Notes: a model not told the origin generated them from the sequence alone. Shown: positions 45,785 to 56,731, counted from the stretch's first letter. The stretch is 64,000 nucleotides of DNA from Aureliella sp. (GCA_963691875.1 OY829846.1:2496001-2560000), one strand, 5' to 3'. A program made the numbers and translations.

Positions 45785-46894
45785 CTACTCTGCCTGCCAG
45801 ACCGGATCGCCAAGAACATCCATGCGAGGTTCGATGCCTAGCCCGGGATTTTGGGAAGCTGCCATGCGACCATCGACTCGTTGGGGAGCTCCGGTGGCAA
45901 TCGATTGCGTCACATAGCTATTGAAATCTGTGCTGGTGAACAAAAAATCAGTCGGCGTGCTGTGAGCCAAGTGTGATATTGCGGCCGTGATGATGTCGCC
46001 GCCCCAGCTGTCTTCTAAGGTCATGGCGATACCAAGCGACACGCATAGGTCGCGAGCTTGCTTAGCACGAGTTAACCCGCCAAACTTACTGATCTTGATG
46101 TTCACCACGTCCATCGCCAAGTCGCGGGCCCCCTTGAGGATCGTGTCCGCCGAATTGATGACTTCGTCGAGCACGAATGGTAGATGTGTTTGCCGGCGAA
46201 CGCTGAGGCACTCTTCGTAAGTCGTACAAGGTTGTTCGATGTAGACATCGAGGTCGGCAACAGCGCCGACGACTCGCATGGCCTCGTGCATCAACCAACC
46301 AGTGTTTGCGTCTGCGACAAGTTTGTCCGTTGGTTCAAGAACAGCTCGGACGGCACGAATGCGTTCGATATCTTCGTTCGGATCGCCGCCAACTTTCAAT
46401 TGAAAGCGTCGGTATCCTTGATCGCGGTAGTCTTTCACGTTGGCAGCCATTTCGGCTGCTGGACGTTGGCTGATAGCTCGGTAGAGGACCACGTCTTCTC
46501 CGTATCGACCGCCGAGCAAATGGCTGACTGGCATACCAGCGGCTTTGCCGAGGATGTCCCAGCAAGCCATGTCGATCGCTGTTTTGACGTAGGGATGTCC
46601 CTTCATCACCATGTCCATCTTGTAGTTCAGTGCCCACAACTGCCTTGGGTCGTCACCTATCAACGAAGGCGCGAGTTCCGCGATGCCGGTTCGAGCTCCA
46701 TTGGCATATGCTGGCAAGTAAACGGGTCCCAAAGGACAAACTTCCCCATAGCCCGTGATTCCAGCATCGGTCTCAACTTCCACGACGGTCGAGTCAAAAA
46801 CATCAACGCTCTTGCCCTCGGACCAGCTGTAGTTGCCTTCATGCAGAGGTAGATCAACTTGGTAGACACGGATATTGGTGATTTTCAAGGACAT
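45785..46894 (-). CDS. Enolase-superfamily (MR/MLE) enzyme, cis-3-hydroxyproline dehydratase / hydroxyproline-betaine epimerase-like
   Basis: [75 protein letters not shown]. Confidence 0.85.
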   Translation of the reverse strand: MSLKITNIRVYQVDLPLHEGNYSWSEGKSVDVFDSTVVEVETDAGITGYGEVCPLGPVYLPAYANGARTGIAELAPSLIGDDPRQLWALNYKMDMVMKGHPYVKTAIDMACWDILGKAAGMPVSHLLGGRYGEDVVLYRAISQRPAAEMAANVKDYRDQGYRRFQLKVGGDPNEDIERIRAVRAVLEPTDKLVADANTGWLMHEAMRVVGAVADLDVYIEQPCTTYEECLSVRRQTHLPFVLDEVINSADTILKGARDLAMDVVNIKISKFGGLTRAKQARDLCVSLGIAMTLEDSWGGDIITAAISHLAHSTPTDFLFTSTDFNSYVTQSIATGAPQRVDGRMAASQNPGLGIEPRMDVLGDPVWQAE

Positions 46895-46932
46895 GCTCCG
46901 AGGTGATATTCCGCAGGACGAATGGTTCTATG

Positions 46933-46989
46933 AACCGATGCGTGAATGAGGCGATATAGCCGTGACTCGCTGACGCTTCGGGTTGTGAT
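46933..46989. repeat. REP-like element (CTCGCTGACGCTTCGGGTT type) with decayed left arm
   Basis: Right arm 46966-46989; left arm AACCGATGCGTGAATGAG vs expected AACCCGAAGCGTCAGCGAG. Confidence 0.55.
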
Positions 46990-47046
46990 GGAATGCAGGA
47001 CGCTTTGCGGTAGTGAGTGAAAGCGAAGGGCAAAAAACAATACGGA

Positions 47047-47116
47047 CCTACGGCTAGTCGTTAGACGAGAAGCCTCGTCCAACGAGTTGCCGAAAGTCTT
47101 TACGACTTCCGCTACG
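47047..47116. repeat. REP-like element (GAAAGTCTTTACGACTTCCGCTACG type) with decayed left arm
   Basis: Right arm 47090-47116; partial complement CTACGGCTAGTCGTTAGAC upstream. Confidence 0.5.
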
Positions 47117-47300
47117 GCGAACAACTTCCTCTACTGGACAAAGAGATGATACACGGCGGAGGAGTTGGCGATAATGGTAGCGACCGAAAGAAGTAGCAGG
47201 GATAACCTTGGCCGTTTGAGTCCTCTTCACTACTAGGCCGAGTGACCAGGGCTTTAGGGGGCGAGGTACAAACTACGTCATCGCAGCACGAATGTGTTGG

Positions 47301-47852
47301 CTACTCCTGTCCCACCACCCGCAGCGTAGACTCGGTTTTGACTAAGGCAAAATCATCTGGAAACGTGTGAATGGCCTGGACTTGCAAACTTGCGGCGCGA
47401 GTTTCCAAGTTGAGGAAGCTGAGGCCACCAATGTCAACGCGACCGCTGGCGTTGAAGACGTGAATCAGCTCATGCGTTTCGCCAGTCTCTTTGAGCTGCT
47501 TTTGAATCATCCAGAACATTTCAGGCTTCACCCGCTGTAGTTCGAATGCATACTCGTATTCCGCTCCTGGCAACTCTACTACCTTCGAGCCGGATTTGCG
47601 AAGTGGCTCGGAGAGCAGATGACGGCCTTGAGGAACGGGTTGCAGATTGGAGGAGGCAATTTCGCTGACCGTCGTGTTCCCAAAGGTCCATTGGACAACA
47701 TGTCCATCATTGGTGATGTCAATGCGAGCAGAGTACCGGTCACGCTCGACACGCTGCGTTTTAAAGATCTGAAATAGTTCTGGATGCACGGACCGCTGCA
47801 GCAACTGAAACCTCAGCTGAGCGACTTTCGGTCGTACTGTCGAAACATCCAT
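47301..47852 (-). CDS. DUF2617 family protein
   Basis: VRPKVAQLRFQL, VHPELF, IDITNDGHVVQW, VQAIHTFPDD..LVKTES. Confidence 0.75.
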   Translation of the reverse strand: MDVSTVRPKVAQLRFQLLQRSVHPELFQIFKTQRVERDRYSARIDITNDGHVVQWTFGNTTVSEIASSNLQPVPQGRHLLSEPLRKSGSKVVELPGAEYEYAFELQRVKPEMFWMIQKQLKETGETHELIHVFNASGRVDIGGLSFLNLETRAASLQVQAIHTFPDDFALVKTESTLRVVGQE

Positions 47853-48314
47853 AACGATTCAGATAGTTGCAACGTTTAAGAGGGAAAGATGGAAGAGTTT
47901 ACGATCAAAAGTCGGCCCTCCCTGGGCTGGATAGCCCGACATTTCCAGACTTGCTCGTTGTGCTCATAAGGGAAGGTGGATGCGGACAAACAATGTTGCC
48001 GTGTGACTCTCCAGTATAAACTCCTGTCGACAAAACCTCCAAGGTCGTCAAAGTCCAAAGCGAATCGGTACAAATTGCCTTGATGAGGCAACCCTATTTC
48101 CTTCCTTGATGCTTTTTGTGGAGTATGTTAGCTCGTCCGATTTTGTACCGTTGGAAAAGTGCATGGACCGCCACAGTGGAAGAAGCCGCGGGATGCTATC
48201 GAGATTCGTACTGTGCTAGAGCGACCTTCTACACCCAACAAACTATTGAATCACGGGCGAGAGACATTCTTTCCGTCCCCTTTCTTTGCCACCTCTTGAG
48301 CTTGCGACAGAACC

Positions 48315-49799
48315 TTGGCCGATTCCATTCAAGTTGTCTCCGTTTCCAGCGAAATGGTTCCTTTTGCCAAGACTGGCGGATTGGGTGATGTTTGCGGCGC
48401 GCTGCCGCGAGCACTGGAGCAAATTGGCGTCGGCTGCACAGCCTTCCTGCCCGCCTTTCGCAGTACGCTCCGAAGCGGCATTGCTGTCGAGTCCACGGAT
48501 CATACCTTTACGATCCCAATCGCGAATAAGCACGTTGCCTGCCGTCTGCTAAAAGCGACTCTACCTAACAGTAGTGTCACCGTTTATTTGATCGACCAAC
48601 CGCAGTACTACGATCGCGACACTTTGTATTCAGACGAGTTGGGAGAGTACAAGGACAGCTGCGAGCGTTTTTGTTTCTTCAATCGCGCCGTGGCGGAAGC
48701 GATTGAGTGTTTGGAGCTCCCAGTCGATGTGCTGCACTGTCATGATTGGCAAAGCGGTCTGTTGCCCGCCTACGTCAAAACTGGCTACCGGAACTATGCT
48801 TGGGCCAAAAACACCAAGACTGTGATGACGATTCACAATTTGGCCTACCAGGGGAGCTTCTGGCATTTGGACATGCCGCTAACAGACCTCGGCTGGGAAC
48901 ATTTCAACCTTCATGAGATGGAGTTTTACGGTCAGCTGAACTTGCTCAAAACCGGCATTGTGTTCGCAGATCAAGTAACCACCGTTAGCCCGACTTACTC
49001 ACGCGAGATCACGACTGAGGAATTCGGATGCGGCTTGGAACGGACACTTGCCTCACGAGGCGAGGACCTGCTGGGCATCGTCAATGGAGTGGATTACTCC
49101 GAGTGGAACCCATGTTCAGATCCGCACTTGCCACAAAACTACGATGCTGGTTCTTGGCAAGATGGCAAAGCTGTATGCAAGAGCTCGCTGCAGACCGAGC
49201 TCGGTATGGAAGTCGCTCCCGACAAGCCACTGGTTGGTATCGTGAGTCGGATGGCGGATCAGAAGGGCTGGGATCTGATCATTCCGCTGCTGCATCGCTG
49301 GGCACAAGATAAGTCGATTCAGTGGGTTATACTGGGCACGGGCGAAAAAAAATATGAAAAAGAACTTGCCGATCTTGCGTCTCGGTTCCCACATAACCTT
49401 GGTGTTCGCCTAGCCTTTTCCGAGGCCTTGGCACACCAGATCGAAGCGGCGAGTGATTTGTTCTTGATGCCAAGCCGCTACGAGCCATGTGGCTTAAACC
49501 AACTTTACAGCTTGAAGTACGGAAGTGTTCCCGTCGTAAATGCCACCGGCGGCTTGGTGGACACCGTGACGGATGCGAACGCTTCGACGCTCGGTGACGA
49601 GATCGCGACAGGCTTCATTTGTACCGATTATTCTATTGCAACCTTGGAGTATACGCTGCAACGAGCAGTGGAAACCTATTTGCATGAAAAGCCTGTATGG
49701 GCTCAAATTGTGGCCACAGGGATGAACATGGATTGGTCCTGGGGAAACAGTGCAAAGCAGTACCAGCAGATGTACGAGCGGTTGTTGGCTTCCCCCTGA
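48315..49799 (+). CDS. glgA: Glycogen synthase (ADP-glucose type)
   Basis: PFAKTGGLGDV, HCHDWQ, TIHNLAYQG, TTVSPTY, GIVNGVD, MPSRYEPCGLNQ, TGGLVDTV. Confidence 0.96.
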   Translation: MADSIQVVSVSSEMVPFAKTGGLGDVCGALPRALEQIGVGCTAFLPAFRSTLRSGIAVESTDHTFTIPIANKHVACRLLKATLPNSSVTVYLIDQPQYYDRDTLYSDELGEYKDSCERFCFFNRAVAEAIECLELPVDVLHCHDWQSGLLPAYVKTGYRNYAWAKNTKTVMTIHNLAYQGSFWHLDMPLTDLGWEHFNLHEMEFYGQLNLLKTGIVFADQVTTVSPTYSREITTEEFGCGLERTLASRGEDLLGIVNGVDYSEWNPCSDPHLPQNYDAGSWQDGKAVCKSSLQTELGMEVAPDKPLVGIVSRMADQKGWDLIIPLLHRWAQDKSIQWVILGTGEKKYEKELADLASRFPHNLGVRLAFSEALAHQIEAASDLFLMPSRYEPCGLNQLYSLKYGSVPVVNATGGLVDTVTDANASTLGDEIATGFICTDYSIATLEYTLQRAVETYLHEKPVWAQIVATGMNMDWSWGNSAKQYQQMYERLLASP

Positions 49800-49843
49800 T
49801 TCGTGTCATCGTTCCCGACTCGTCGTTTAGCAGGACAGTATGG

Positions 49844-50923
49844 GTGGCACAAGCAGAAGCCGGACCAACGTGGCAGTTCAAGGATGATCGCGTAAAGGCG
49901 ACCACCAATGAAATGCGCTATGACTGGTTGGCGGATCGCTGGGTTATCATGGCCCCCCAACGCACGGCTCGTCCCGACGACTTTCTGAAGAAGCCGAGCG
50001 AAATCCAAGCTGCCTCCAACTGCCCATTTTGTAGCGGCAAGGAGATGGAGACACCGGATGCTGTTGCCTCATACTGCTTGGACGGCAGCAAGGACTGGTC
50101 TGTTCGGGTCGTCCCCAACAAGTTTCCCGCAGTGAACGCGTGCGGTCCGGAGATCGAGTTTGCTCCTAAGTCGCTTTCGCAGCCAAACGGACGTATCGAC
50201 TTGTACCAGCGTCGCGAACTACATGGCGCTCACGAAGTCATCATTGAATGCCCTCAGCATCTTAGCTCCTTGAGCCAACTGGGGCAGAAGGAAGTCAAGC
50301 TTGTCTTCCAGGCCTATCGTGATCGACTTGATCATTGGTTGTCGGAGCATCGAGCTGAGTATGCGGTACTCTTTAAAAATGTCGGCGAGGAAGCGGGTGC
50401 TTCGCTCGCGCACAGCCATTCACAGCTAATCGCTACCGACCACTTGCCAACCAAAGTGCAACGCAGCGTCGAGCGAATGCGGATGTTCGAGGAGCAGGAA
50501 AATACCTGCCTTTACTTGCGAATGCTCGAGGATGAACTGCAACAAGGGCTTCGCATCGTTGAAGAAACGCCGGACTTTGTTGCCTTTTGTCCTTTTGCCA
50601 GTCGCATACCATTCTTGCAGACAATTGTGCCACGTAAGCACCAGGCGCGTTTTGAGCACTTGAATGACTTCGGGCTTGAGCAACTATCGTGGTTGACGCA
50701 CCGTCTAATACGACGCCTGGAGAACCTGCACCCCGATTCGTCTTACAATTTTGTGATTCATACTGCTCCGGCGTCGATAGGTGATGCAAGCTTTTACCAC
50801 TGGCGAATCGAACTTTTCCCGAGACTAACCAAGCTGGCCGGATTCGAATGGGGCAGCGATTGCTTCATCAATCCCATCACGCCTGAAGATGCAGCGCTGA
50901 GCATTCGCAATGCCGGTGTCTAA
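49844..50923 (+). CDS. GalT-like nucleotidyltransferase (HSHSQ type, possibly ADP-glucose phosphorylase)
   Basis: RWVIMAPQRTARP, CPFC, VRVVPNKFPA, HEVIIE, FKNVG..AGASLAHSHSQ, HWRIELFPRL..AGFEWG; start placed at GTG 49844 (alternative ATG 49913). Confidence 0.88.
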   Translation: MAQAEAGPTWQFKDDRVKATTNEMRYDWLADRWVIMAPQRTARPDDFLKKPSEIQAASNCPFCSGKEMETPDAVASYCLDGSKDWSVRVVPNKFPAVNACGPEIEFAPKSLSQPNGRIDLYQRRELHGAHEVIIECPQHLSSLSQLGQKEVKLVFQAYRDRLDHWLSEHRAEYAVLFKNVGEEAGASLAHSHSQLIATDHLPTKVQRSVERMRMFEEQENTCLYLRMLEDELQQGLRIVEETPDFVAFCPFASRIPFLQTIVPRKHQARFEHLNDFGLEQLSWLTHRLIRRLENLHPDSSYNFVIHTAPASIGDASFYHWRIELFPRLTKLAGFEWGSDCFINPITPEDAALSIRNAGV

Positions 50924-51058
50924 CCGTATGCCGAGGGTCGGTACCAACCTTCTCTGAAGCTAGACCGCGGCAATCGTAGGCCAGTCTTTGCCTTCCAAGC
51001 CACCGGTGCTTCCAGCGACAACTTCCCCCCAAACTCCTTAACGACAAAGGTATGTTCC

Positions 51059-52219
51059 CTGAAGGTCAAACAACGCCGCGAAGATTTCGTGGTCACAGAA
51101 GTGAGCAATGGCTATCGGACTGGCGGAGGTCCGTTTGCAGTCTACACGCTGGAAAAGTCTGGCATCGGGACAGTGGAGGCCATTGAGGTCGTAAGGCGCG
51201 ACTGGGACATCGCCGGTTATCGCACCAGCTTTGGCGGCCGCAAAGATCGCCACGCGGTTACAACGCAGACCGTGACGATAAAGGATGGACCGATGGAGGA
51301 TTTTCCACATCAGAAATTCTCGCTGCGCTACCGCGGCCAAGCTGCAGAAGCATTCACAGCCAAAGACATTGAAGCCAATCACTTCCAGATTTGCATGCGC
51401 AATCTCACTCCACCGAAGGCTGAGGCTTGGCGTGCGAAGCTGCAGAACCTAGAGCTTTTGGCTCCGAATTACTTTGACGAGCAAAGATTCGGTTCGGTCG
51501 GTCGGTCCGGTGAGTTTGTTGCGCAGCCTTGGTGTAAAGCCAATTACGAGCGCGCCGTGTTCCTGGCCTTGGCGGAAGCCAACTCCAAGGACAGCCAGCA
51601 CGAGGCGGAGCAGAAAGAACTCCTACGAGAGAATTGGGGTGACTGGATACAATGCAAGGAACTACTAGCTCGCAGCAACCGCCGCAGCGTAGTAACGTAT
51701 CTATGTGATCACCCAGAAGGCTTCAAAAAGGCGGCGGGTCTAATATCCCGCGACATGCGAAGTTTGTATGTTGCTGCTTTCCAGGCAGCAATATGGAATG
51801 AGATGGTAAGCCGCTGGATCAAAAGTAAGGCGAGTGAAGCCGCGCTGCAATCGTCGACCTGTTGTCAACTCGCTTTTCCGACGCAAGCCTCTGATTTTGA
51901 AGGGCGTGAAAAGGACACTTTGCCACTTCCTTCTTCAAGACCGACAAAATGGGCTGCAGAGATGCGATCGATTTTGGAAAAAGTCTGTAGCGGTTATGAT
52001 CTCAAGCCACACAAGTTGCGATTCTCTTTTCCGCGCGACGTCTTTTTCTCGCGAGCTGCAAGACCGCTTTTCTTACAGATCGATGACCTGGATGCAGTAG
52101 TGGACGAAGATGAACTCAATTCATCCGCGGATACCGAAAAGTCCGCCTTGCGACTCGACTTCAGATTGCAGGCAGGCCAGTATGCAACCATGCTGATGCG
52201 CACATTGGAAAATTTTTAG
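51059..52219 (+). CDS. truD: tRNA pseudouridine(13) synthase TruD
   Basis: (L)KVKQRREDFVVTE, GGRKDRHAVTTQ, PNYFDEQRFG, AAFQAAIWN, GQYATM; probable CTG start at 51059. Confidence 0.9.
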   Translation: MKVKQRREDFVVTEVSNGYRTGGGPFAVYTLEKSGIGTVEAIEVVRRDWDIAGYRTSFGGRKDRHAVTTQTVTIKDGPMEDFPHQKFSLRYRGQAAEAFTAKDIEANHFQICMRNLTPPKAEAWRAKLQNLELLAPNYFDEQRFGSVGRSGEFVAQPWCKANYERAVFLALAEANSKDSQHEAEQKELLRENWGDWIQCKELLARSNRRSVVTYLCDHPEGFKKAAGLISRDMRSLYVAAFQAAIWNEMVSRWIKSKASEAALQSSTCCQLAFPTQASDFEGREKDTLPLPSSRPTKWAAEMRSILEKVCSGYDLKPHKLRFSFPRDVFFSRAARPLFLQIDDLDAVVDEDELNSSADTEKSALRLDFRLQAGQYATMLMRTLENF

Positions 52220-52873
52220 GCAGCCCACGAAAAGTACAGCATTGTTGCGAGCACGACCTCGCTGCGTAGCAGCTTTCACCCAAACTAAGCTCACGCATCC
52301 GCAAAGCGATTGAGCAAGAATCCTAAGCGACTTGTCTCTTTTCTTTATGGTTCAGAGAAGGCCAACCACATTTCGGGAATCAAAGTTCCGAAATACGTGG
52401 GCAGGTCACTCCTCCTTTCCCAGAGGACCGGAGAGGGCTCGGGCCTGGTTCACGCGAGCTCAGGAGCCGACTTCGCAATGCTGCTCTATTCGCCCAGGAA
52501 TTCACATAAGAACCGGGAGAGAAATCCGGGAAAGCTGCGTGATTTGGGGTTGCAATCCTCATCGGCTCTCGGCTCGGCGCGCCTGGCTCCCAGCAGTTCG
52601 CAAACCTATGTCAAATAAGCACTTACAGCGACACATGTCTTCGCTTCCTGCCTTGTTGGAAGCTAGTTAGCGTGGTAAGCTTTCGCCTGTGTTGGCGAAG
52701 TGGAAAAAGCGTTCGAATTGAAGGTTCAAATCGAGGTCTTTCCAGGCTGCCAGGTTGTTCCTGGGGAGCTCCTGACCGCCACTTTTCGTCCAGCAAGACC
52801 TTAGTCTAAAGTCATGCGGGTTCTCCCAATTCGGGCCTAAGGCAGACTAAAAGCTACCGCGAAGGATGTTGAT

Positions 52874-55726
52874 TTGTCGGATGTACCCCCACCGGAAGAC
52901 GAAAATCTACCAGCAGGCGAAGAGCCCAACAACGGTGACAGCGAAGCTGGCAATGGCGTTGGCACAGAGCTGATCGATCAGCCGATCGAAAACGAGCTGC
53001 GTGACAGTTATCTGACTTACGCCATGAGCGTTATCGTCAGCCGGGCGCTGCCGGACGTGCGTGATGGCCTGAAGCCTTCACAGCGCCGCATTCTAGTTGC
53101 GATGAATGACTTGAATCTTGGCCCCAGCTCCAAGCGAGTCAAATGTGCGAAGATCTCCGGTGACACCAGTGGCAATTACCACCCACACGGTGAAGCCGTT
53201 ATTTACCCGACGCTCGTCCGCATGGCCCAAGAATGGAACATGCGTCAAGTTTTGGTCGACAAGCAAGGTAATTTTGGTTCGATCGCGGGCCTTCCTCCAG
53301 CTGCGATGCGATACACCGAAGCTCGCCTGAGTGCCGCAGCAGCAATGATGCTGGACGACATCAAGCTCGACACGGTCGACTTCGTTCCGACCTACGACGA
53401 AGCTCGTAATGAGCCGGTCGTGTTGCCATCACGCTTCCCAAACTTACTGGTCAATGGCACGACTGGTATCGCGGTTGGTATGGCGACCAGCATTCCTCCA
53501 CACAACCTGCGTGAAGTTTGCTCAGGCGTCATCGCGTTGATCGACAATCCAGAAGTCACGATCGATGAGTTGCTTGAATTGATCCCAGGCCCGGACTTCC
53601 CAACGGGCGGGATCATTTGTGGGCACCTGGGAATCCGCCAAGGCTACAAGACGGGCCGCAGCACCATCGTCGTTCGCGCTCGCACTTCGATTGATACGAA
53701 AGGCAAACGCACCCGGATCATCGTCCACGAGATTCCCTTTCAACAGTTCCGCGACCGTGTGGTCGAACGGATCGCCGCGCTTGTCAGCACGGGCAAAATC
53801 AAGGGCATCTCAGGCATCCGCGACGAAAGCGACCTGAAAGAGCCTGTGCGTCTCGTCATTGACGTCAAGCAAGGGCACGATGCAGATGTGGTACTCAACC
53901 AGTTGTACCAGTATTCGCAGCTCCAAGATTCCTTCTCGTTGATTTTCTTGGCCCTGGTGGACGGCAAGCCACGCGAGCTAACGATCAAGGAGATGCTTCA
54001 AGAGTTCATTCGGCATCGCCTCGAAGTCATTCGTCGCCGCACGCAGTTCTTGCTAGCTCGAGCTCGCAAGCGAAAGCACACTATCGAAGGCTTACTGCTA
54101 GCCCTGGCAGATATCGACCAGATCATCCAGATCATTCGCTCCAGCCGCACTCAGCCTGAAGCGAAGGAACGGTTGATGGGCGTCGAAGTTCCTGCGTCGA
54201 TGATGCAGCGTGCATTGGGCGACAAGGGCTTTCAAGAGTTTCAAAACGATCGCGGTGTCGCCGATACGTACTCATTGACGAGCGTGCAGACCGATGCGAT
54301 TCTGGCCATGCGTCTTGGCCAACTGGTTAACCTTGAGCAAGACAAACTCTCCAACGAACACGCAGCTTTGCTCGAAGAGATCGATGGCTATCTCGAAATC
54401 CTTTCCGACGAAGCAAACATCTACGCCATCATCAAGGACGAGATGGAAGAAATCTCAAAGCGATTTGGAGACAATCGCCGCACGCAGATCTCCAGTGAAG
54501 AGATCGGCAATTATAACCTTGAGGATTTGATCACCGAAGAAACCATGGTGGTCACGATCAGCCACCGAGGTTACATCAAGCGAATTCCTTCGACGACCTA
54601 TCGAGCCCAGCGTCGTGGCGGAAAAGGTATCAAAGGTGCGAAGGTTGAGGACGAAGATCCGCTAGAGCATTTGTTTGTAGCGAGTACGCACGCGTACCTT
54701 CTGTTCTTCACGAACAAAGGCAAGGTCTACTGGCAAAAGGTTTATGATATTCCGCAACTTAGCCGCGAAAGCCGCGGGCGTGCTGTCGTCAACTTGTTGA
54801 ACCTGGAGGAAGGTGAGCAGATCGCAGAGTGTGTGGCAGTCCGCGACTTCAACCTTGAAGGCCACTTCCTAGTGATGGCTACCAAACAAGGGCTTGTGAA
54901 GAAGACGGCCTTGGACGCTTACTCACGCCCCAAGCGTGGTGGCATCATTGCGATCAAGCTCAAGGAAGACGACGAGTTGGTGGACGTCAAAGTCGTCGGG
55001 CCCAACGATCAATTACTGATGGCAACGGCTGGCGGCCGAGCCATACGCTTTGCCGAGTCTGATGCGCGAGCCATGGGCCGGAATACATCTGGTGTTCGCG
55101 GAATTCGACTCAAGAAAGGCGATACCTGCGTCGGTATGGTTGTCGCCGATCCTGAAGCAACTTTGCTGACTGCCTGCGAGAAAGGCTACGGCAAGCGGAC
55201 CTGGTTTGGGGCGGGCTCTGTACCAACCGAATCCGAAGGTGAAGGTGGTGATGAGGCAGCAGAAGCACCTGCGGCAGAAGCCGCGGAAGGCGACTCCGAC
55301 TCACCCAATTCGAGCCAGTCCTATCGGACTCAGAAACGCGGCGGTGGCGGCTTGATGGACATCAAGACCACGGATCGCAACGGTCCTGTTGTCGGAGTGG
55401 TTCAAGTCACAGACGAGCACGAGTTGTTGATGATTACTTCTGGTGGCAAGATCCAGCGTTTGGCAGCCAAGGAAATCAGCATCATCGGCCGCAACACTCA
55501 AGGTGTCCGCATCATGAACTTGGACGACGGCGATACGCTCACTGCTATCGTTCGCGTTCCGCGTGAAGAGGTGGATGAGGAGGACGAGGCTCAAGCTGAA
55601 GGTGCACCTGCGGCAGAGGCACCGAGTGCCGAATCAGCACCTGCCGAAGATGCTCAGTCTGAAGCTTCAGACTCTGGCGATGCTCCCGAGTCCGGTGACG
55701 TCTCAAGCGATGGCGATGACGCTTAG
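52874..55726 (+). CDS. gyrA: DNA gyrase subunit A
   Basis: [37 protein letters not shown] (catalytic Tyr), GyrA box QRRGGKG, CTD blades, acidic tail. Confidence 0.97.
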   Translation: MSDVPPPEDENLPAGEEPNNGDSEAGNGVGTELIDQPIENELRDSYLTYAMSVIVSRALPDVRDGLKPSQRRILVAMNDLNLGPSSKRVKCAKISGDTSGNYHPHGEAVIYPTLVRMAQEWNMRQVLVDKQGNFGSIAGLPPAAMRYTEARLSAAAAMMLDDIKLDTVDFVPTYDEARNEPVVLPSRFPNLLVNGTTGIAVGMATSIPPHNLREVCSGVIALIDNPEVTIDELLELIPGPDFPTGGIICGHLGIRQGYKTGRSTIVVRARTSIDTKGKRTRIIVHEIPFQQFRDRVVERIAALVSTGKIKGISGIRDESDLKEPVRLVIDVKQGHDADVVLNQLYQYSQLQDSFSLIFLALVDGKPRELTIKEMLQEFIRHRLEVIRRRTQFLLARARKRKHTIEGLLLALADIDQIIQIIRSSRTQPEAKERLMGVEVPASMMQRALGDKGFQEFQNDRGVADTYSLTSVQTDAILAMRLGQLVNLEQDKLSNEHAALLEEIDGYLEILSDEANIYAIIKDEMEEISKRFGDNRRTQISSEEIGNYNLEDLITEETMVVTISHRGYIKRIPSTTYRAQRRGGKGIKGAKVEDEDPLEHLFVASTHAYLLFFTNKGKVYWQKVYDIPQLSRESRGRAVVNLLNLEEGEQIAECVAVRDFNLEGHFLVMATKQGLVKKTALDAYSRPKRGGIIAIKLKEDDELVDVKVVGPNDQLLMATAGGRAIRFAESDARAMGRNTSGVRGIRLKKGDTCVGMVVADPEATLLTACEKGYGKRTWFGAGSVPTESEGEGGDEAAEAPAAEAAEGDSDSPNSSQSYRTQKRGGGGLMDIKTTDRNGPVVGVVQVTDEHELLMITSGGKIQRLAAKEISIIGRNTQGVRIMNLDDGDTLTAIVRVPREEVDEEDEAQAEGAPAAEAPSAESAPAEDAQSEASDSGDAPESGDVSSDGDDA

Positions 55727-55822
55727 CGAGATTCGCCGAAAGTTCTGACAACTTCCTCCACGAACGAAGGGTACTGGACAAGCCGGAATGCCCCGTCTTG
55801 CGTCAACAGGCCCGTAGCCTGC

Positions 55823-56731
55823 TTACGGGCCGAGATTGACCGAATTTGCGTCTATGATCTCACCGATTATTCCTTCGCTGGGAAAGTCCATGATGACGGT
55901 GCCAAGGTGCTGGTCGCTTGGAAATTCCTGAATCAGCCGCAATGTGTACTCATTCGTCAAAGCAGCGTACTTACGCGGTGTCAGCAAGTTGGCAGGGACG
56001 GTACCGCTGCAATAGTTCAAATGCCATCTTCCTTGGTGATCCGCAACAGCAGCTTCAAACTGCTTCCGTATTAACTCTTGCTTCTCGTCTACAGGTGCAG
56101 TGTAACGATCTTGCTTATTCAACGTCCTCCACGGTAAGCCACCTAAACTACTGACTCGATCTACTAATACGATCTTGCCGCGGACTTCTTTCAGTGTTGG
56201 AATCTTGCTTCCTCGCCACCAAATGGCAGCTCCATTTTCGATTGTGGCCTCGAATGTTTCCCGAAAGGATCTGCTGTTCTGCCGCGGCGTCGATTCCCGC
56301 TTGATTGCCATAATGACGCATTCCGAAGGATGCTTGTTTAGGAATTCTTGGCAGTCTTGGACCACACTTTCAAAAGTTAGCTTCTGGTCTACTACGCCAT
56401 GATAAATGTGAAATTCATTTTTCAGATGACGGCATCGGATATCCAGAAAACGGACTCCGGCGGCAAGCTGATCCGAAATGCTCCAGCTTTGGCACTTTGC
56501 AAACCCAAATGAGAGCCCATCAAATCGGGCTCCAGAATCATGGGTTCCCGGAATTGAAAGTTGGGCGAGCGTCAGGCTGTCTGGAAGTTTTGACATCCAG
56601 TCTTTGTAACGCGAAACCTGCGTATCTGCGGGTTTCGCGTCGAAGGACACCCCTGATGGACTGCTCGCTTCATCTTGAGCTGGGGCTCTGATGAGGAGCA
56701 GAGTCAGAAATAGGAATGAGGAAATACGCAT
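55823..56731 (-). CDS. Phosphatidylinositol-specific phospholipase C (bacterial PI-PLC X domain)
   Basis: Signal peptide from ATG 56731; WMSKLPD, LSIPGTHDS, QLAAGVRFLDIR, HPSECVIM, PTLKEVRGKIVL, GTVIMDF. Confidence 0.9.
   Translation of the reverse strand: MRISSFLFLTLLLIRAPAQDEASSPSGVSFDAKPADTQVSRYKDWMSKLPDSLTLAQLSIPGTHDSGARFDGLSFGFAKCQSWSISDQLAAGVRFLDIRCRHLKNEFHIYHGVVDQKLTFESVVQDCQEFLNKHPSECVIMAIKRESTPRQNSRSFRETFEATIENGAAIWWRGSKIPTLKEVRGKIVLVDRVSSLGGLPWRTLNKQDRYTAPVDEKQELIRKQFEAAVADHQGRWHLNYCSGTVPANLLTPRKYAALTNEYTLRLIQEFPSDQHLGTVIMDFPSEGIIGEIIDANSVNLGP

Noticed and set aside
52220..52873. Replication origin or ncRNA upstream of gyrA
   Set aside because: No DnaA-box cluster, AT-rich unwinding element or recognisable RNA motif.
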